Below, one piece after another: positions 26,390 to 35,644 of a stretch of 64,000 nt of DNA (positions are counted from its first letter, which is position 1; the number at the start of each line of letters is the position of its first letter). The notes beneath the pieces were generated by a model, which had not been told where the DNA came from, searched no databases, and worked only from the letters and a program-made list of their open reading frames with translations. The stretch is from Opitutales bacterium (GTDB lineage: Bacteria > Verrucomicrobiota > Verrucomicrobiia > Opitutales > Seribacteraceae). The stretch covers positions 13,941 to 77,940 of the forward strand of contig JAYOXT010000003.1 in assembly GCA_038152995.1 (NCBI GenBank). The letters are read 5' to 3'. Position numbers and translations under genes: made by a program.

Positions 26390-27870
26390 ATGACACGGTG
26401 ATCGTAGAAGATATACGCCCCCTTATTGCGTTGCTTGCACCTTGGGTGGGAATGATCGGAATTATATGGGCGGGAGAAAAACGGCCTAATTTGCGCGAGC
26501 TTTTCACTTTCATCTCCGCCTCTGTGCAGGCTGCGGTGGTGCTCTCCCTTGTGCCCCTCATTTTAAGTGGTGCGATTGTGGAGTTTCATATTTGGCAGAT
26601 TTTCTCCTATGTGCCTATGCTGCTTCGGGTGGATGGCCCCGGCCTCCTCTTTGCCTGTGTCGCATCAGTTCTATGGATTGCCACCACCTTGTATGCAGTT
26701 GGGTATATGCGTGGGCTGCACGAGCATGCTCAGACCCGCTTCTATTCCTTCTTCGCCCTCTCGCTTTCGGCCACCATGGGGGTCGCATTTTCTGCAAATT
26801 TGCTGACCATCTACTTTTTTTACGAGATGCTCTCGGTGTCCACCTTCCCGCTGGTCACCCATATGCAGGACAGGGAAGCACGCACCGGCGGGCGCACCTA
26901 TCTGGGATACCTTCTCTTTACCTCGCTCTGCCTCCTGCTTCCTGCCCTGAGTTGGTGCTATGTCTGGTTGGACGGCGGCCACCTGACCATGGACTTCATT
27001 GAGGATGTGGGCAAGGTGGGCCACTTTGGAGAAACCACCCAGATCGTACTCCTTTTCCTTTTTACCTTTGGCTTTGCCAAGGCTGGCTTGATGCCTGCCC
27101 ATTCCTGGTTACCCGGGGCGATGGTGGCGCCCACTCCGGTATCCGCTCTTCTTCATGCGGTGGCGGTGGTTAAGGTGGGGGTCTTTTGTATCTACCGTAT
27201 TTATGCGGATGTTTTTGGATCAGAAGTCCTTTCCAAGATGGGGGGGGAGGAGTGGACCATGGTTTTGGCTTCCGCCACCATCCTCATATCCTCCTTGATT
27301 GCCCTCTCTCAGGATAACCTGAAAAGGCGTCTCGCTTTTTCGACCATTGGTCAGCTCGGCTATGTTGTCCTCGGAGCGGCGATCGCTACGGATCGAGGGC
27401 AGGGTGGGGCGGTTCTGCACATTGCCATGCATGCCTGTGGTAAGATCACCCTGTTCTTTTGTGCAGGAGCCATTTTCGTAGCCACGGGCAAGAAGTATGT
27501 CAGCGAATTGCGTGGGCTTGGCCGTAAAATGCCCCTGACTATGGGTGCCTTTATGATTGGTGCACTGAGCGTAATTGGGTTACCTCCGCTCGGTGGTTTT
27601 ATCAGTAAGTGGTACCTCGCCCTTGGTGCTTTGGATCGCGATGCGATGTGGGTGGTGATCGTCCTGCTGGTCAGTTCGCTGCTCAATGTATTCTACCTGC
27701 TGCCGGTCGCGGTGACGGCGTTTTTCCGTACCTCTGAAACCGAAAAAGATCCTTCGTTCAAGGAAGCTCCGTGGCCCTGTGTGGTTCCTCTGGTGCTGAC
27801 CGCACTCGGGTGTTTCTTTCTCTTTTTCTGGTCAGATGTGCTCTTGCATATGGTCGGACTGGAACCCTAA
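26386..27870 (+). CDS. mrpD: Antiporter-like subunit (MrpD/NuoM-N family), copy 2
   Basis: 'YFFYEMLSVSTFPLV', 'KAGLMPAHSWLPGAMVAPTPVSALLHAVAVVKVG', 'KRRLAFSTIGQLGYV', 'LPPLGGFISKWYL'. Confidence 0.85.
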   Translation: MNDTVIVEDIRPLIALLAPWVGMIGIIWAGEKRPNLRELFTFISASVQAAVVLSLVPLILSGAIVEFHIWQIFSYVPMLLRVDGPGLLFACVASVLWIATTLYAVGYMRGLHEHAQTRFYSFFALSLSATMGVAFSANLLTIYFFYEMLSVSTFPLVTHMQDREARTGGRTYLGYLLFTSLCLLLPALSWCYVWLDGGHLTMDFIEDVGKVGHFGETTQIVLLFLFTFGFAKAGLMPAHSWLPGAMVAPTPVSALLHAVAVVKVGVFCIYRIYADVFGSEVLSKMGGEEWTMVLASATILISSLIALSQDNLKRRLAFSTIGQLGYVVLGAAIATDRGQGGAVLHIAMHACGKITLFFCAGAIFVATGKKYVSELRGLGRKMPLTMGAFMIGALSVIGLPPLGGFISKWYLALGALDRDAMWVVIVLLVSSLLNVFYLLPVAVTAFFRTSETEKDPSFKEAPWPCVVPLVLTALGCFFLFFWSDVLLHMVGLEP

Positions 27871-27887
27871 AAGAAGAGCTTTTATTG

Positions 27888-28208
27888 ATGAGTAAACCAG
27901 CAGATCAAAAGAATACACAAGAAGAACCGCGTTGGTTGGACAGTGCTGAAAATGTACGCAAAGTCATCCGCTGGTTTTATGGACTCTGCGTTTTGATCAT
28001 TCTTGCTGATTTGATCTTCAGTTTGGGGTGGCACAAACATGCTGCCCTTGCCGAGGAATCCAGCCTTCATACAATCGAGACCTTGCCTGCCTTTTATGGT
28101 ATCTACGGATTTCTTGCCTGCGTGGGCTTGGTCTATGTTTCCAAAGTGATGCGCGGTTGGAAGGGCAAAAATATCCTCATGCGCTCCGAGAACTATTGGG
28201 AAAAGTAA
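27888..28208 (+). CDS. Small two-TM membrane protein of unknown function embedded in the Mrp-like operon
   Basis: The ATG at 27888 is in frame with track ORF 27771-28208, but without the overlap on the preceding gene. 'MSKPADQKNTQEEPRWLDSAENVRKVIRWFYGLCVLIILADLIFSLGW...LPAFYGIYGFLACVGLVYVSKVM'. A 1-nt gap separates it from the next gene. Confidence 0.55.
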   Translation: MSKPADQKNTQEEPRWLDSAENVRKVIRWFYGLCVLIILADLIFSLGWHKHAALAEESSLHTIETLPAFYGIYGFLACVGLVYVSKVMRGWKGKNILMRSENYWEK

Positions 28209-28209
28209 G

Positions 28210-30027
28210 ATGAGCGTACTGGCATCCACTTTAGAAATGGGGGTACATCCCGCAACTGCCTTGCTCCTTGGTGGATTGGCGACGGTATTTCTTCGGGGCA
28301 GGTTTGCATCCATTGTTCTCATCCTGGCTCCTTTGTTCGGATTGGGTTATGTGGCAACCTTGGATGTGGGTGCCTCCTCGGTCCTCCATCTATTTGGATA
28401 TGAAATCCTCGGCGTGGTGGTTGACCAACAGGCAAAACTTTTTGGATATCTCTTCCATATCGCCGCCCTGGTTGCGGGAATTTATTCCTTTCATCTGCGG
28501 GACCCCTGGCAGATTTCCATGTCCCTTCTCTATGCAGCTACGGCGGTGGGGGTAGCCTTTGCCGGGGATATGCTCTCCCTCTTTCTATGGTGGGAAGGAC
28601 TGGCCATTACCTCGGTTTTTCAAATCTGGGGGAGGCGGACCAAACAGGCAGAGGAAGCAGGATTTCGCTATCTTTTCTTCCATGTTTCTTCCGGGCTTTT
28701 GCTCCTGGCGGGAATTCTTCTGCGCTACCATGGTCACGGTCCCGAGGCTCTCTCCCTCGCTCCACTTACCGATGCCCTTGAAGGAGGTGACTTGGGTGCC
28801 TTGCTCATTCTTTTGGCAATTGGGATCAAAGCCGCATTTCCCGGTCTCCATGTCTGGTTGAAGGATGGCTATGCAGAGGCTACCCACTCCGGTCCTGTCT
28901 GGTTGTGTGCATTTACCACAAAATGTGCGGTTTGTATGCTCGCCCGTCTTTTTCCCGGGGCTGAGGTTTTAATTACTATTGGAGGAGTGATGGCGATGTT
29001 CCCCATCTTCTATGCGGTTATTGAAAATGACCTGCGTCGCGTGCTTTGTTACAGTAAAATAAATCAGATTGGCTTTATGGTGGTGGGCATAGGGATAGGT
29101 ACGGATCTTGCCATTGATGGGGCGATTGCCCATGCCTTTACCCATGTAATTTACAAGGGCTTACTCTTTATGAGCATGGGAGCGGTACTCTTTCGGACCG
29201 GTGAGATTCGTGGTTCTCATCTTGGCGGTCTTTACAAGACGATGCCCTGGACCACCGGCTTTTGTATTGTCGGGGCGGCATCCATCTCCGCCTTCCCTCT
29301 GTTCAGTGGATTTGTCAGTAAATCGATCATTATTACTGAAGCAGCGCGCAATGGACATTTACTGGTTTGGTTATGCCTGCTCTTTGCTTCGGCAGGTGTC
29401 TTCCACCACGCCGGGATAAAGATTCCCTTCTTTGCCTTCTTTGCCCATGATTCAGGTCGGCGCCCGAAAGAGGCACCAATGAATATGCTCATTGCCATGG
29501 GTATCTCCTCGTTTCTATGCATCTTTTTGGGGTGCAACCCACAGTGGCTTTACGATCTCCTGCCCAATGGGGCTGCGGGCTACCATCCTTACGATGCTAC
29601 CCATGTGATCACCCAGTTGGAAATCCTGCTCTTTTCGGCCCTTGCTTTCACCCTGCTCAACCTCTGGGGGAAATACCCTCCGGAACTGCCCTCGGTGAAC
29701 CTGGATGCCGATTGGATTTATCGCAAGCTGGGCCGAGGTTTCCTTGCCTTTGGTGAGGGTTTTTGGAACGGGCTCAATGATCGAGCTCATGCCTTTTTTG
29801 TTATGGGGATAACGGATCGTGTATGTCTTTTTCTGAAAAAGGGCCATGTTCATGGGATGAAGCTATTACACCGGCCCTTTGTTGCTCTTGGCTTGCTCGA
29901 TGGCAGCAGTGCAAAGAGTCAGGCGGATTTTACAAAGCGGACATCTCTGGGCGTGCACCCAGTGGGCTGGACGGCTCTTTTTTGCATGCTGTTTTTTCTG
30001 GGATTTCTTTTCCTGATTTTTATCTAG
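28210..30027 (+). CDS. Antiporter-like subunit, copy 3 (MrpA/NuoL-like: MrpD-type core plus C-terminal amphipathic extension and terminal TM helix)
   Basis: 'FLWWEGLAITSVF', 'KAAFPGLHVWLKDGYAEATHSGPVWLCAFTTKCAV', 'RRVLCYSKINQIGFM', 'FPLFSGFVSKSII'. The C-terminal ~120 aa run '...DADWIYRKLGRGFLAFGEGFWNGLNDRAHAFF...' and end in the hydrophobic 'WTALFCMLFFLGFLFLIFI'. Confidence 0.8.
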   Translation: MSVLASTLEMGVHPATALLLGGLATVFLRGRFASIVLILAPLFGLGYVATLDVGASSVLHLFGYEILGVVVDQQAKLFGYLFHIAALVAGIYSFHLRDPWQISMSLLYAATAVGVAFAGDMLSLFLWWEGLAITSVFQIWGRRTKQAEEAGFRYLFFHVSSGLLLLAGILLRYHGHGPEALSLAPLTDALEGGDLGALLILLAIGIKAAFPGLHVWLKDGYAEATHSGPVWLCAFTTKCAVCMLARLFPGAEVLITIGGVMAMFPIFYAVIENDLRRVLCYSKINQIGFMVVGIGIGTDLAIDGAIAHAFTHVIYKGLLFMSMGAVLFRTGEIRGSHLGGLYKTMPWTTGFCIVGAASISAFPLFSGFVSKSIIITEAARNGHLLVWLCLLFASAGVFHHAGIKIPFFAFFAHDSGRRPKEAPMNMLIAMGISSFLCIFLGCNPQWLYDLLPNGAAGYHPYDATHVITQLEILLFSALAFTLLNLWGKYPPELPSVNLDADWIYRKLGRGFLAFGEGFWNGLNDRAHAFFVMGITDRVCLFLKKGHVHGMKLLHRPFVALGLLDGSSAKSQADFTKRTSLGVHPVGWTALFCMLFFLGFLFLIFI

Positions 30028-30069
30028 GTGTGGGAAACATCCTTGCCCCTGTGTCCGGCAGGTGCTTGA

Positions 30070-30606
30070 TTGAAGAGCGTGAAATGGGTGGTTGGAAATA
30101 AGGTATTGTTGTGCGTATCCGTGTGTGCAATTTGCCTGCTTGGTGGATGCAAGTATATCGATCCAGATGCCACCTTTATTGAGGACAAAAAAGTCTGGGC
30201 GAAGATCAAGCGGGAAGCACCCGCTCTTGGGCTGGAACCGAGCTTCGTCTATGCGATCTGTCATGCAGAAAGTAGTCTTAATGCCAAAGCCGAAACCTCG
30301 ATTGCCAAGGGTATGATGCAGCTGACCGAGGCAGCGTGGTCCGATGTGACCAAGTTGCATTACCGCACTGCATTTCAATGGGAAACCAATGTGGAGGTGG
30401 GCATGCTATACCTCCACCGGCTAAAGGGCATGCTTGAGAGCGTTGATCTTTTTAACTATCCCCGTCTCGCTGCCAGTTACCGCTACGGATATAATGCCCT
30501 GAGAAAAGAACAGTTTATGGTCAGTCGAATGAAGACCCCGGTGAACCGTATCTACCGCAAGCTTTTTGCGGGTCAGCTCTCTCCAGTTGCCCCGCCAGAA
30601 GATTAA
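30070..30606 (+). CDS. Lytic transglycosylase (SLT domain) lipoprotein
   Basis: Lipobox 'CLLGGC'. SLT catalytic region 'AICHAESSLNAKAETSIAKGMMQLTEAAW' ... 'YLHRL...YRYGYNAL'. TTG start per the ORF track. Confidence 0.75.
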   Translation: MKSVKWVVGNKVLLCVSVCAICLLGGCKYIDPDATFIEDKKVWAKIKREAPALGLEPSFVYAICHAESSLNAKAETSIAKGMMQLTEAAWSDVTKLHYRTAFQWETNVEVGMLYLHRLKGMLESVDLFNYPRLAASYRYGYNALRKEQFMVSRMKTPVNRIYRKLFAGQLSPVAPPED

Positions 30607-30629
30607 ATTCCTACAATCGTTATTTTAGA

Positions 30630-31601
30630 GTGGGTGCGAAAACGGAGGTAAAGGGAAGAAAGTCAGGTGAGGAACCCCTTCAGCCACCGTTGTCCTATGA
30701 ACCGGAAATTAGTGCTTTTTTGGCATGGGTACAATTGGAGCGGGGTTTGTCAGAGAACACCATTCAGTCCTACGAGTCCGACCTCGTTCAATGTGCCTGC
30801 TTTTTGGGTCAGCAAGGTGCGGAGGGGTGGACTGAGGTATCGCCGGAACAGGTCTCAGCATGGATATCCTCTCTGACTGTGGATGGGTATGCGGTGGCCA
30901 GCCTTTCACGCAAGCTATCTGCCCTGCGCATGCTGGCCCGTTTTCTGGTCAGTGAAGGGCGTTTACAAAATGACTTTACCGAACTACTGAGTAACCCTAA
31001 GAAGGGTCGTTACCTTCCCCATGCCCTGAGCATAGAGGAAATCGACCGCTTCCTTTGTGCTCCCGATCTCAATACCCCGCTGGGTAAGAGAGACCGAGCA
31101 ATTTTTGAACTCATGTATGGCAGCGGGTTAAGGGTGTCAGAAGTTTCTTCCGTGATGGTCAATGCGGTGGACTTGGACGATGGATTTGCCCGCATCTTAG
31201 GGAAAGGATCCAAGGAGAGAATCGTCCCTGTTGGGGGGCAGGCAATTTTGGCAATCCGTAATTATCTTCATGGTGGGCGCCCCGATCTGGTGAAGGATCA
31301 TTCCGGTGGGGAATTATTCCTGAGCAAGCGGGGTACACCGATCTCCCGGAAGATGATCTGGGTGCTGGTCAAGGATTATACCCGACGGGCAGGGATAGAA
31401 AAAAATCTTACCCCGCACGGACTGAGGCATTCCTTTGCCACCCATTTATTGATGGGCGGAGCGGATGTTCGGGCAGTCCAGGAAATGCTCGGACATGCCG
31501 ATGTGGGGACGACCCAGATATACACGCATGTCGAATCCCAGCGTCTGCTCGATGAGCATGCAAACTTCCATCCACTCGCCAAAAGCAAGCGAGCTTTGTA
31601 G
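30630..31601 (+). CDS. Tyrosine site-specific recombinase, XerC/XerD family
   Basis: N-terminal SAM-like domain 'FLAWVQLERGLSENTIQSYESDL'. Catalytic 'YGSGLRVSE', 'HGLRHSFATHLLMGGADVRAVQEMLGHADVGTTQIYTHV'. Confidence 0.85.
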   Translation: MGAKTEVKGRKSGEEPLQPPLSYEPEISAFLAWVQLERGLSENTIQSYESDLVQCACFLGQQGAEGWTEVSPEQVSAWISSLTVDGYAVASLSRKLSALRMLARFLVSEGRLQNDFTELLSNPKKGRYLPHALSIEEIDRFLCAPDLNTPLGKRDRAIFELMYGSGLRVSEVSSVMVNAVDLDDGFARILGKGSKERIVPVGGQAILAIRNYLHGGRPDLVKDHSGGELFLSKRGTPISRKMIWVLVKDYTRRAGIEKNLTPHGLRHSFATHLLMGGADVRAVQEMLGHADVGTTQIYTHVESQRLLDEHANFHPLAKSKRAL

Positions 31602-31786
31602 AAGATTGGCTCTACATGATGATATTGCGTGGAACAGGATGTTACTCCTCTGACTTCGAACTAAGGCTTGAATTGACTCCCCTTATCCCCTTATCAACTC
31701 TGTTTTCTCACAAAACAATAATACGTGGAAAATCCTGCTCCCAATCTGCATACTCTCCAAAACATCATTCTTTCCCCTGTTAAAAA

Positions 31787-33583
31787 ATGAAAACACTTTC
31801 TTCCCTGCTCCTCTTTTCCCTTATCGCCATGTGTATTGCCGGATGTGGCAGGGAGAGCGGTACTACCACTGAGGCAAATGCCGTTAAAAATGAGAATCTA
31901 CCGGCTGACCTACACGAGCCAAAATATGGCGAAGCAGATCCCATCGCCCTGCCCGATGGCCAACCAGGGGGCACCTTCTCCACATGGGGTGGGTCTTTCC
32001 CTAAATCACTTAATATGTTTCTCGACTACAATAGCTTCTCGGCCACGGTGATGGGGTTACTTTATGAACCCTTAATCTCTCTCCATAGCACAGATAACCG
32101 GCCCGTTGGCGTGCTCGCAGAGACTTGGGAGATCGGAGAAGATGAGATGACTTTTACCTTCAAGATCCGACCGGATGCTACTTGGAGCGATGGAAAACCT
32201 ATCACTTCCGCTGATATTCAGTTCTTTTACGATGTGATCCTTGATCCTGCTAACCTGACTTCTTTATTCCGGGTCAGTTTAAAACGTTTCGAACGCCCAG
32301 TTGCACTCGATCAAAAGACGGTGCAAATCAAAGCAAACACCAAGCACTGGAATAATTTTTATCAGGCGGGCAATATGGTCGCTTTTCCTTCCCACCTTTG
32401 GAAAGGAATGGATTTTAATAAAATCAACTTCGATTTCCCTGTGGTATCTGGACCTTATGGCATAGGAGAGGTGAAGAAGGGGAGGTCGATCAGTCTGCAA
32501 AGAAGGCATGACTGGTGGGGTCGGTCCAATCGATATAATTCTGGAAAGTATAACTTTGGTAAAATTGTTTACCGCTCGATGACCGACCGGAATAAAGCCT
32601 TGGAAGCTTTTAAAAAAGGAATTTTCGATGCCTATCCAATCTACACCTCTTCTATATGGATGAAACAGACTGAGTTTGAACAGGTGCAGAAAGGGTGGGT
32701 GGTCCGCCAGGCGGTGTACAACCAGGAACCCAAGGGCTACCAGGGACTGGCGATCAACCTGCGTAACCCAAAGTTTCAGGATATACGGGTGCGCCAAGCA
32801 CTTGGGTATTTGCTTAACCGGGAAGCAATGAATGAAAAGTTTATGTACAACCAGTACTTCCTGCTTAATTCCTTTTACCCGGATCTCTATCCAGGCAATA
32901 CCAACCCCGAAAGAGAAGTCACTCCATTCAATCCAGAAAAGGCGAGGAAGCTCCTAGCGGATGCGGGGTGGACGGTAAATGATCTGGGGAAACTGGAAAA
33001 AGATGGAAAGCCATTTGAGATTACCTTCCTTTCTGCAGCCGAAGATTTTCGTCACTTAAACTTGTATATAGAAGATTTAAAATCCGTGGGGATTGTTGCA
33101 AAGATTGAGAAAATCAACCGATCAAGCCTGACCAAAAGAATTGATAGTTTTGATTTTGAAATGTTTTGGACTGCGTGGGGTGCTTCCCGGTTACGCGATC
33201 CGGAATCTGCCTGGCACAGTTCCACAGCCGATCAAAAAGCCTCCCAAAATTACACTGGGGTAAAGGATGAAGAAGTGGATCGCTTGATTGAATTGCAAAA
33301 GGGGGAATACGACATGGATAAGCGGATCGAGATCCTTAAGCAGATCGATAACCGGCTGGCAGAGATCATCCCTTACCTATTTTTATGGCAGGCGGATCAT
33401 GGCAGGATTCTTTACTGGAATAAGTACCGGACTCCAGAATATGTCTTTGATAAGTTCGGGCAGGAGGATTCCATTATTACTTACTGGTCGGAAGATCCCG
33501 AACTGGTGCAGACTCTTGATCAGGCAAAAAAGGAAAATAAGTCTTTGGCGAAGAAACCGTTTAAGGTCGTATACCAGGAATGA
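31787..33583 (+). CDS. ABC transporter substrate-binding lipoprotein, family 5 (YejA/oligopeptide-like)
   Basis: Lipobox 'IAMCIAGCG'. ~600 aa SBP_bac_5-type sequence ('ETWEIGEDEMTFTFKIRPDATWSDGKPITSADIQF'). Followed by two permeases and two ATPases. Confidence 0.8.
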   Translation: MKTLSSLLLFSLIAMCIAGCGRESGTTTEANAVKNENLPADLHEPKYGEADPIALPDGQPGGTFSTWGGSFPKSLNMFLDYNSFSATVMGLLYEPLISLHSTDNRPVGVLAETWEIGEDEMTFTFKIRPDATWSDGKPITSADIQFFYDVILDPANLTSLFRVSLKRFERPVALDQKTVQIKANTKHWNNFYQAGNMVAFPSHLWKGMDFNKINFDFPVVSGPYGIGEVKKGRSISLQRRHDWWGRSNRYNSGKYNFGKIVYRSMTDRNKALEAFKKGIFDAYPIYTSSIWMKQTEFEQVQKGWVVRQAVYNQEPKGYQGLAINLRNPKFQDIRVRQALGYLLNREAMNEKFMYNQYFLLNSFYPDLYPGNTNPEREVTPFNPEKARKLLADAGWTVNDLGKLEKDGKPFEITFLSAAEDFRHLNLYIEDLKSVGIVAKIEKINRSSLTKRIDSFDFEMFWTAWGASRLRDPESAWHSSTADQKASQNYTGVKDEEVDRLIELQKGEYDMDKRIEILKQIDNRLAEIIPYLFLWQADHGRILYWNKYRTPEYVFDKFGQEDSIITYWSEDPELVQTLDQAKKENKSLAKKPFKVVYQE

Positions 33584-34602
33584 GAGTTTATTTATTCCGG
33601 CGGTTACTTCTTCTGGTTCCCACACTTCTTGGAATAACCGCAGTCTGTTTTACCCTGATTCAGTTTGTTCCGGGTGGGCCGGTCGAGGAACTCATCGCAC
33701 GGGTGCGTGCACAATCCAGCATGGAGGGTGGGGGAGGTTCCACCACCCAGCAGCAAATTACCGAGGAAGAAATCGAAAATATCCGGGCTTACTACGGGTT
33801 TGATAAACCCGCCCTTACCCGTTACTTCGAATGGCTGGGTAAGGTGGTGCGTTTTGATTTGGGCACATCTTATTTTTATGAGGAACCGGTGTGGGATGTG
33901 ATCAAATCGAAATTTCCCATATCCCTGTTTTTTGGGTTGGTTTCGTTTATCTTATCTTACTCGGTCTGTATACCCCTTGGGTTATACAAAGCGATGTGGA
34001 ACCGGACGAGGTTTGATCTGGTTAGCTCAATTCTGATCTTTGCCGGGTACATTATCCCGGGCTATGCCCTCGGTATTTTACTGATTATTTTTTTTAGCGG
34101 GGGAAGCTACCTCGATTGGTTTCCCCTGGGAGGCATGGTGAGCGATGATTTTGAGTCGATGGGGTTCTGGGCGGGAACTTTTGATTTTCTTCACCATATG
34201 TGCCTGCCCCTCATCTGCTTTATGGCGAGCGAGTTTGCTTTTCTTACTATGCTGATGAAAAATTCTTTGCTGGAGGAGATTCGCAAGGAATATGTCCGCA
34301 CGGCAATGTTTAAGGGAGCAGGTTTTCAAAAAGCCGTATGGAAGCATGCTTTGCGCAATGCACTCATTCCCTTGGCTACCCGGATGAGCGAGATTTTTAC
34401 CCTGATGTTTACCTCTGCGCTTTTAATTGAGAAGGTATTCGATATCGATGGCATGGGCTTGTTGGTCTATAACTCCATCCTTAGCCGGGATTACAATGTG
34501 GTGCTTGGGGTTATCCTTATATCCAGTATCATGGCCTTACTTGGAAGGTTGTTTTCCGATATGCTCTACATCGCGATTGATCCACGGATCAAATTTAACT
34601 GA
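33580..34602 (+). CDS. ABC transporter permease (YejB/DppB-like)
   Basis: 'RRLLLLVPTLLGITAVCFTLIQFVPGGPVE'. EAA-loop region 'YVRTAMFKGAGFQKAVWKHALRNALIPL'. Confidence 0.85.
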   Translation: MRVYLFRRLLLLVPTLLGITAVCFTLIQFVPGGPVEELIARVRAQSSMEGGGGSTTQQQITEEEIENIRAYYGFDKPALTRYFEWLGKVVRFDLGTSYFYEEPVWDVIKSKFPISLFFGLVSFILSYSVCIPLGLYKAMWNRTRFDLVSSILIFAGYIIPGYALGILLIIFFSGGSYLDWFPLGGMVSDDFESMGFWAGTFDFLHHMCLPLICFMASEFAFLTMLMKNSLLEEIRKEYVRTAMFKGAGFQKAVWKHALRNALIPLATRMSEIFTLMFTSALLIEKVFDIDGMGLLVYNSILSRDYNVVLGVILISSIMALLGRLFSDMLYIAIDPRIKFN

Positions 34603-34610
34603 ACACCAGA

Positions 34611-35642
34611 ATGGCGGTTTTTTCCAAACTTACCCAGGATCGGTTTCAGCGGTTTCGCAGGATTAAGAGAGCTTGGTATTCATTTCTGATCTTATCTGCT
34701 CTTTTTATTTTATCCTTATTTTCCGAGCTGATTTGCAATGATAAGCCCTATGTCTTGTCCTACCAGGACCGGCTTTATTTTCCGATCTTTCAATTTTATC
34801 CCGAGAAGGAGTTTGGAGGGAAGTATCTAACTGAAGCCGATTATGTGTCCTTGCGGGAATCTTCAGATTTTAAGGATGGTAAAAACTGGATGATTCTTCC
34901 GCCCATTCCTCATAACCCTTTGCATTCCTATATCGATTTGCCGGGTACGCCCCCGCACCCGCCCTCTGCTAGACACCTGCTGGGTACGGACTCGTCGGCT
35001 CGGGATGTTTTTGCCCGTCTCCTTTATGGTTTCCGGATCTGTATGCTTTTTTCACTGATTCTGGCGGCAATCTCTACACTCTTTGGCATTTTGATTGGGG
35101 GTGTGCAGGGATATTTTGGAGGAGTGGTCGATATGGTTATGCAAAGATTGATCGAGATTTGGTCCTCCCTCCCTTTTCTCTATGTGGTTATACTTGTGGG
35201 CACGATTTATTCCCGTAGTTTCATGATCCTCATCCTGGTGCTATCTCTTTTTCAATGGATTGGGTTGTCCTACTATATGCGTGGAGAGTTTCTTAAAATT
35301 CGAAACCTAAATTATGTGAAAGTGGCCAAGACCATGGGGATGTCGAACGGCCACATCTTATTTCGTCAAATTCTACCCAATGGGCTGACCCCAGTGATCA
35401 CCCTGTTGCCCTTTCAAATTATCGGAGGAATTGGCGCCCTGACCGCTCTGGACTTTCTAGGTTTTGGATTGCAACCACCCACACCATCCTGGGGGGAATT
35501 ACTCAGTCAGGGGCTTAATAACTTATTTGCCCCGTGGCTCGCCATCTCCACAGTGGTCTGCCTGTTCACCACCCTTCTTCTAGCAACTTTCATTGGGGAG
35601 GGTGTACGCGAAGCCTTCGACCCACGGGCATCCACAAATTGA
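34611..35642 (+). CDS. ABC transporter permease (YejE/DppC-like)
   Basis: 'RFQRFRRIKRAWYSFLILSALFILSLFSELICNDKPYVLSYQDRLYFPIF' closely resembles the YejE N-terminus. 'HLLGTDSSARDVFARLLYG'. 'YVKVAKTMGMSNGHILFRQILPN'. Confidence 0.85.
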   Translation: MAVFSKLTQDRFQRFRRIKRAWYSFLILSALFILSLFSELICNDKPYVLSYQDRLYFPIFQFYPEKEFGGKYLTEADYVSLRESSDFKDGKNWMILPPIPHNPLHSYIDLPGTPPHPPSARHLLGTDSSARDVFARLLYGFRICMLFSLILAAISTLFGILIGGVQGYFGGVVDMVMQRLIEIWSSLPFLYVVILVGTIYSRSFMILILVLSLFQWIGLSYYMRGEFLKIRNLNYVKVAKTMGMSNGHILFRQILPNGLTPVITLLPFQIIGGIGALTALDFLGFGLQPPTPSWGELLSQGLNNLFAPWLAISTVVCLFTTLLLATFIGEGVREAFDPRASTN

Positions 35643-35644
35643 GG

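Noticed and set aside
27771-27887. N-terminal extension of the small membrane ORF in the Mrp operon
   Set aside because: It would overlap the 3' end of the preceding antiporter subunit by 100 nt. The in-frame ATG at 27888 follows that gene's stop.
29866-30378. 170-aa minus-strand ORF bridging the mrp operon end and the SLT gene
   Set aside because: It is antisense to two supported plus-strand genes and has no motifs.
30630-31601. Tyrosine recombinase as a marker of an integrated mobile element
   Set aside because: The sequence has XerC/XerD-type N- and C-terminal motifs. It sits among housekeeping genes with no att-like repeats, tRNA, phage or conjugation genes nearby, so it is most simply the chromosomal dimer-resolution recombinase.
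35534-35644. N-terminal extension of the first ABC ATPase proposed by the ORF track
   Set aside because: It would overlap the permease gene by 109 nt. The ATG at 35645 lies 2 nt after the permease stop and gives a normal-length ATPase.
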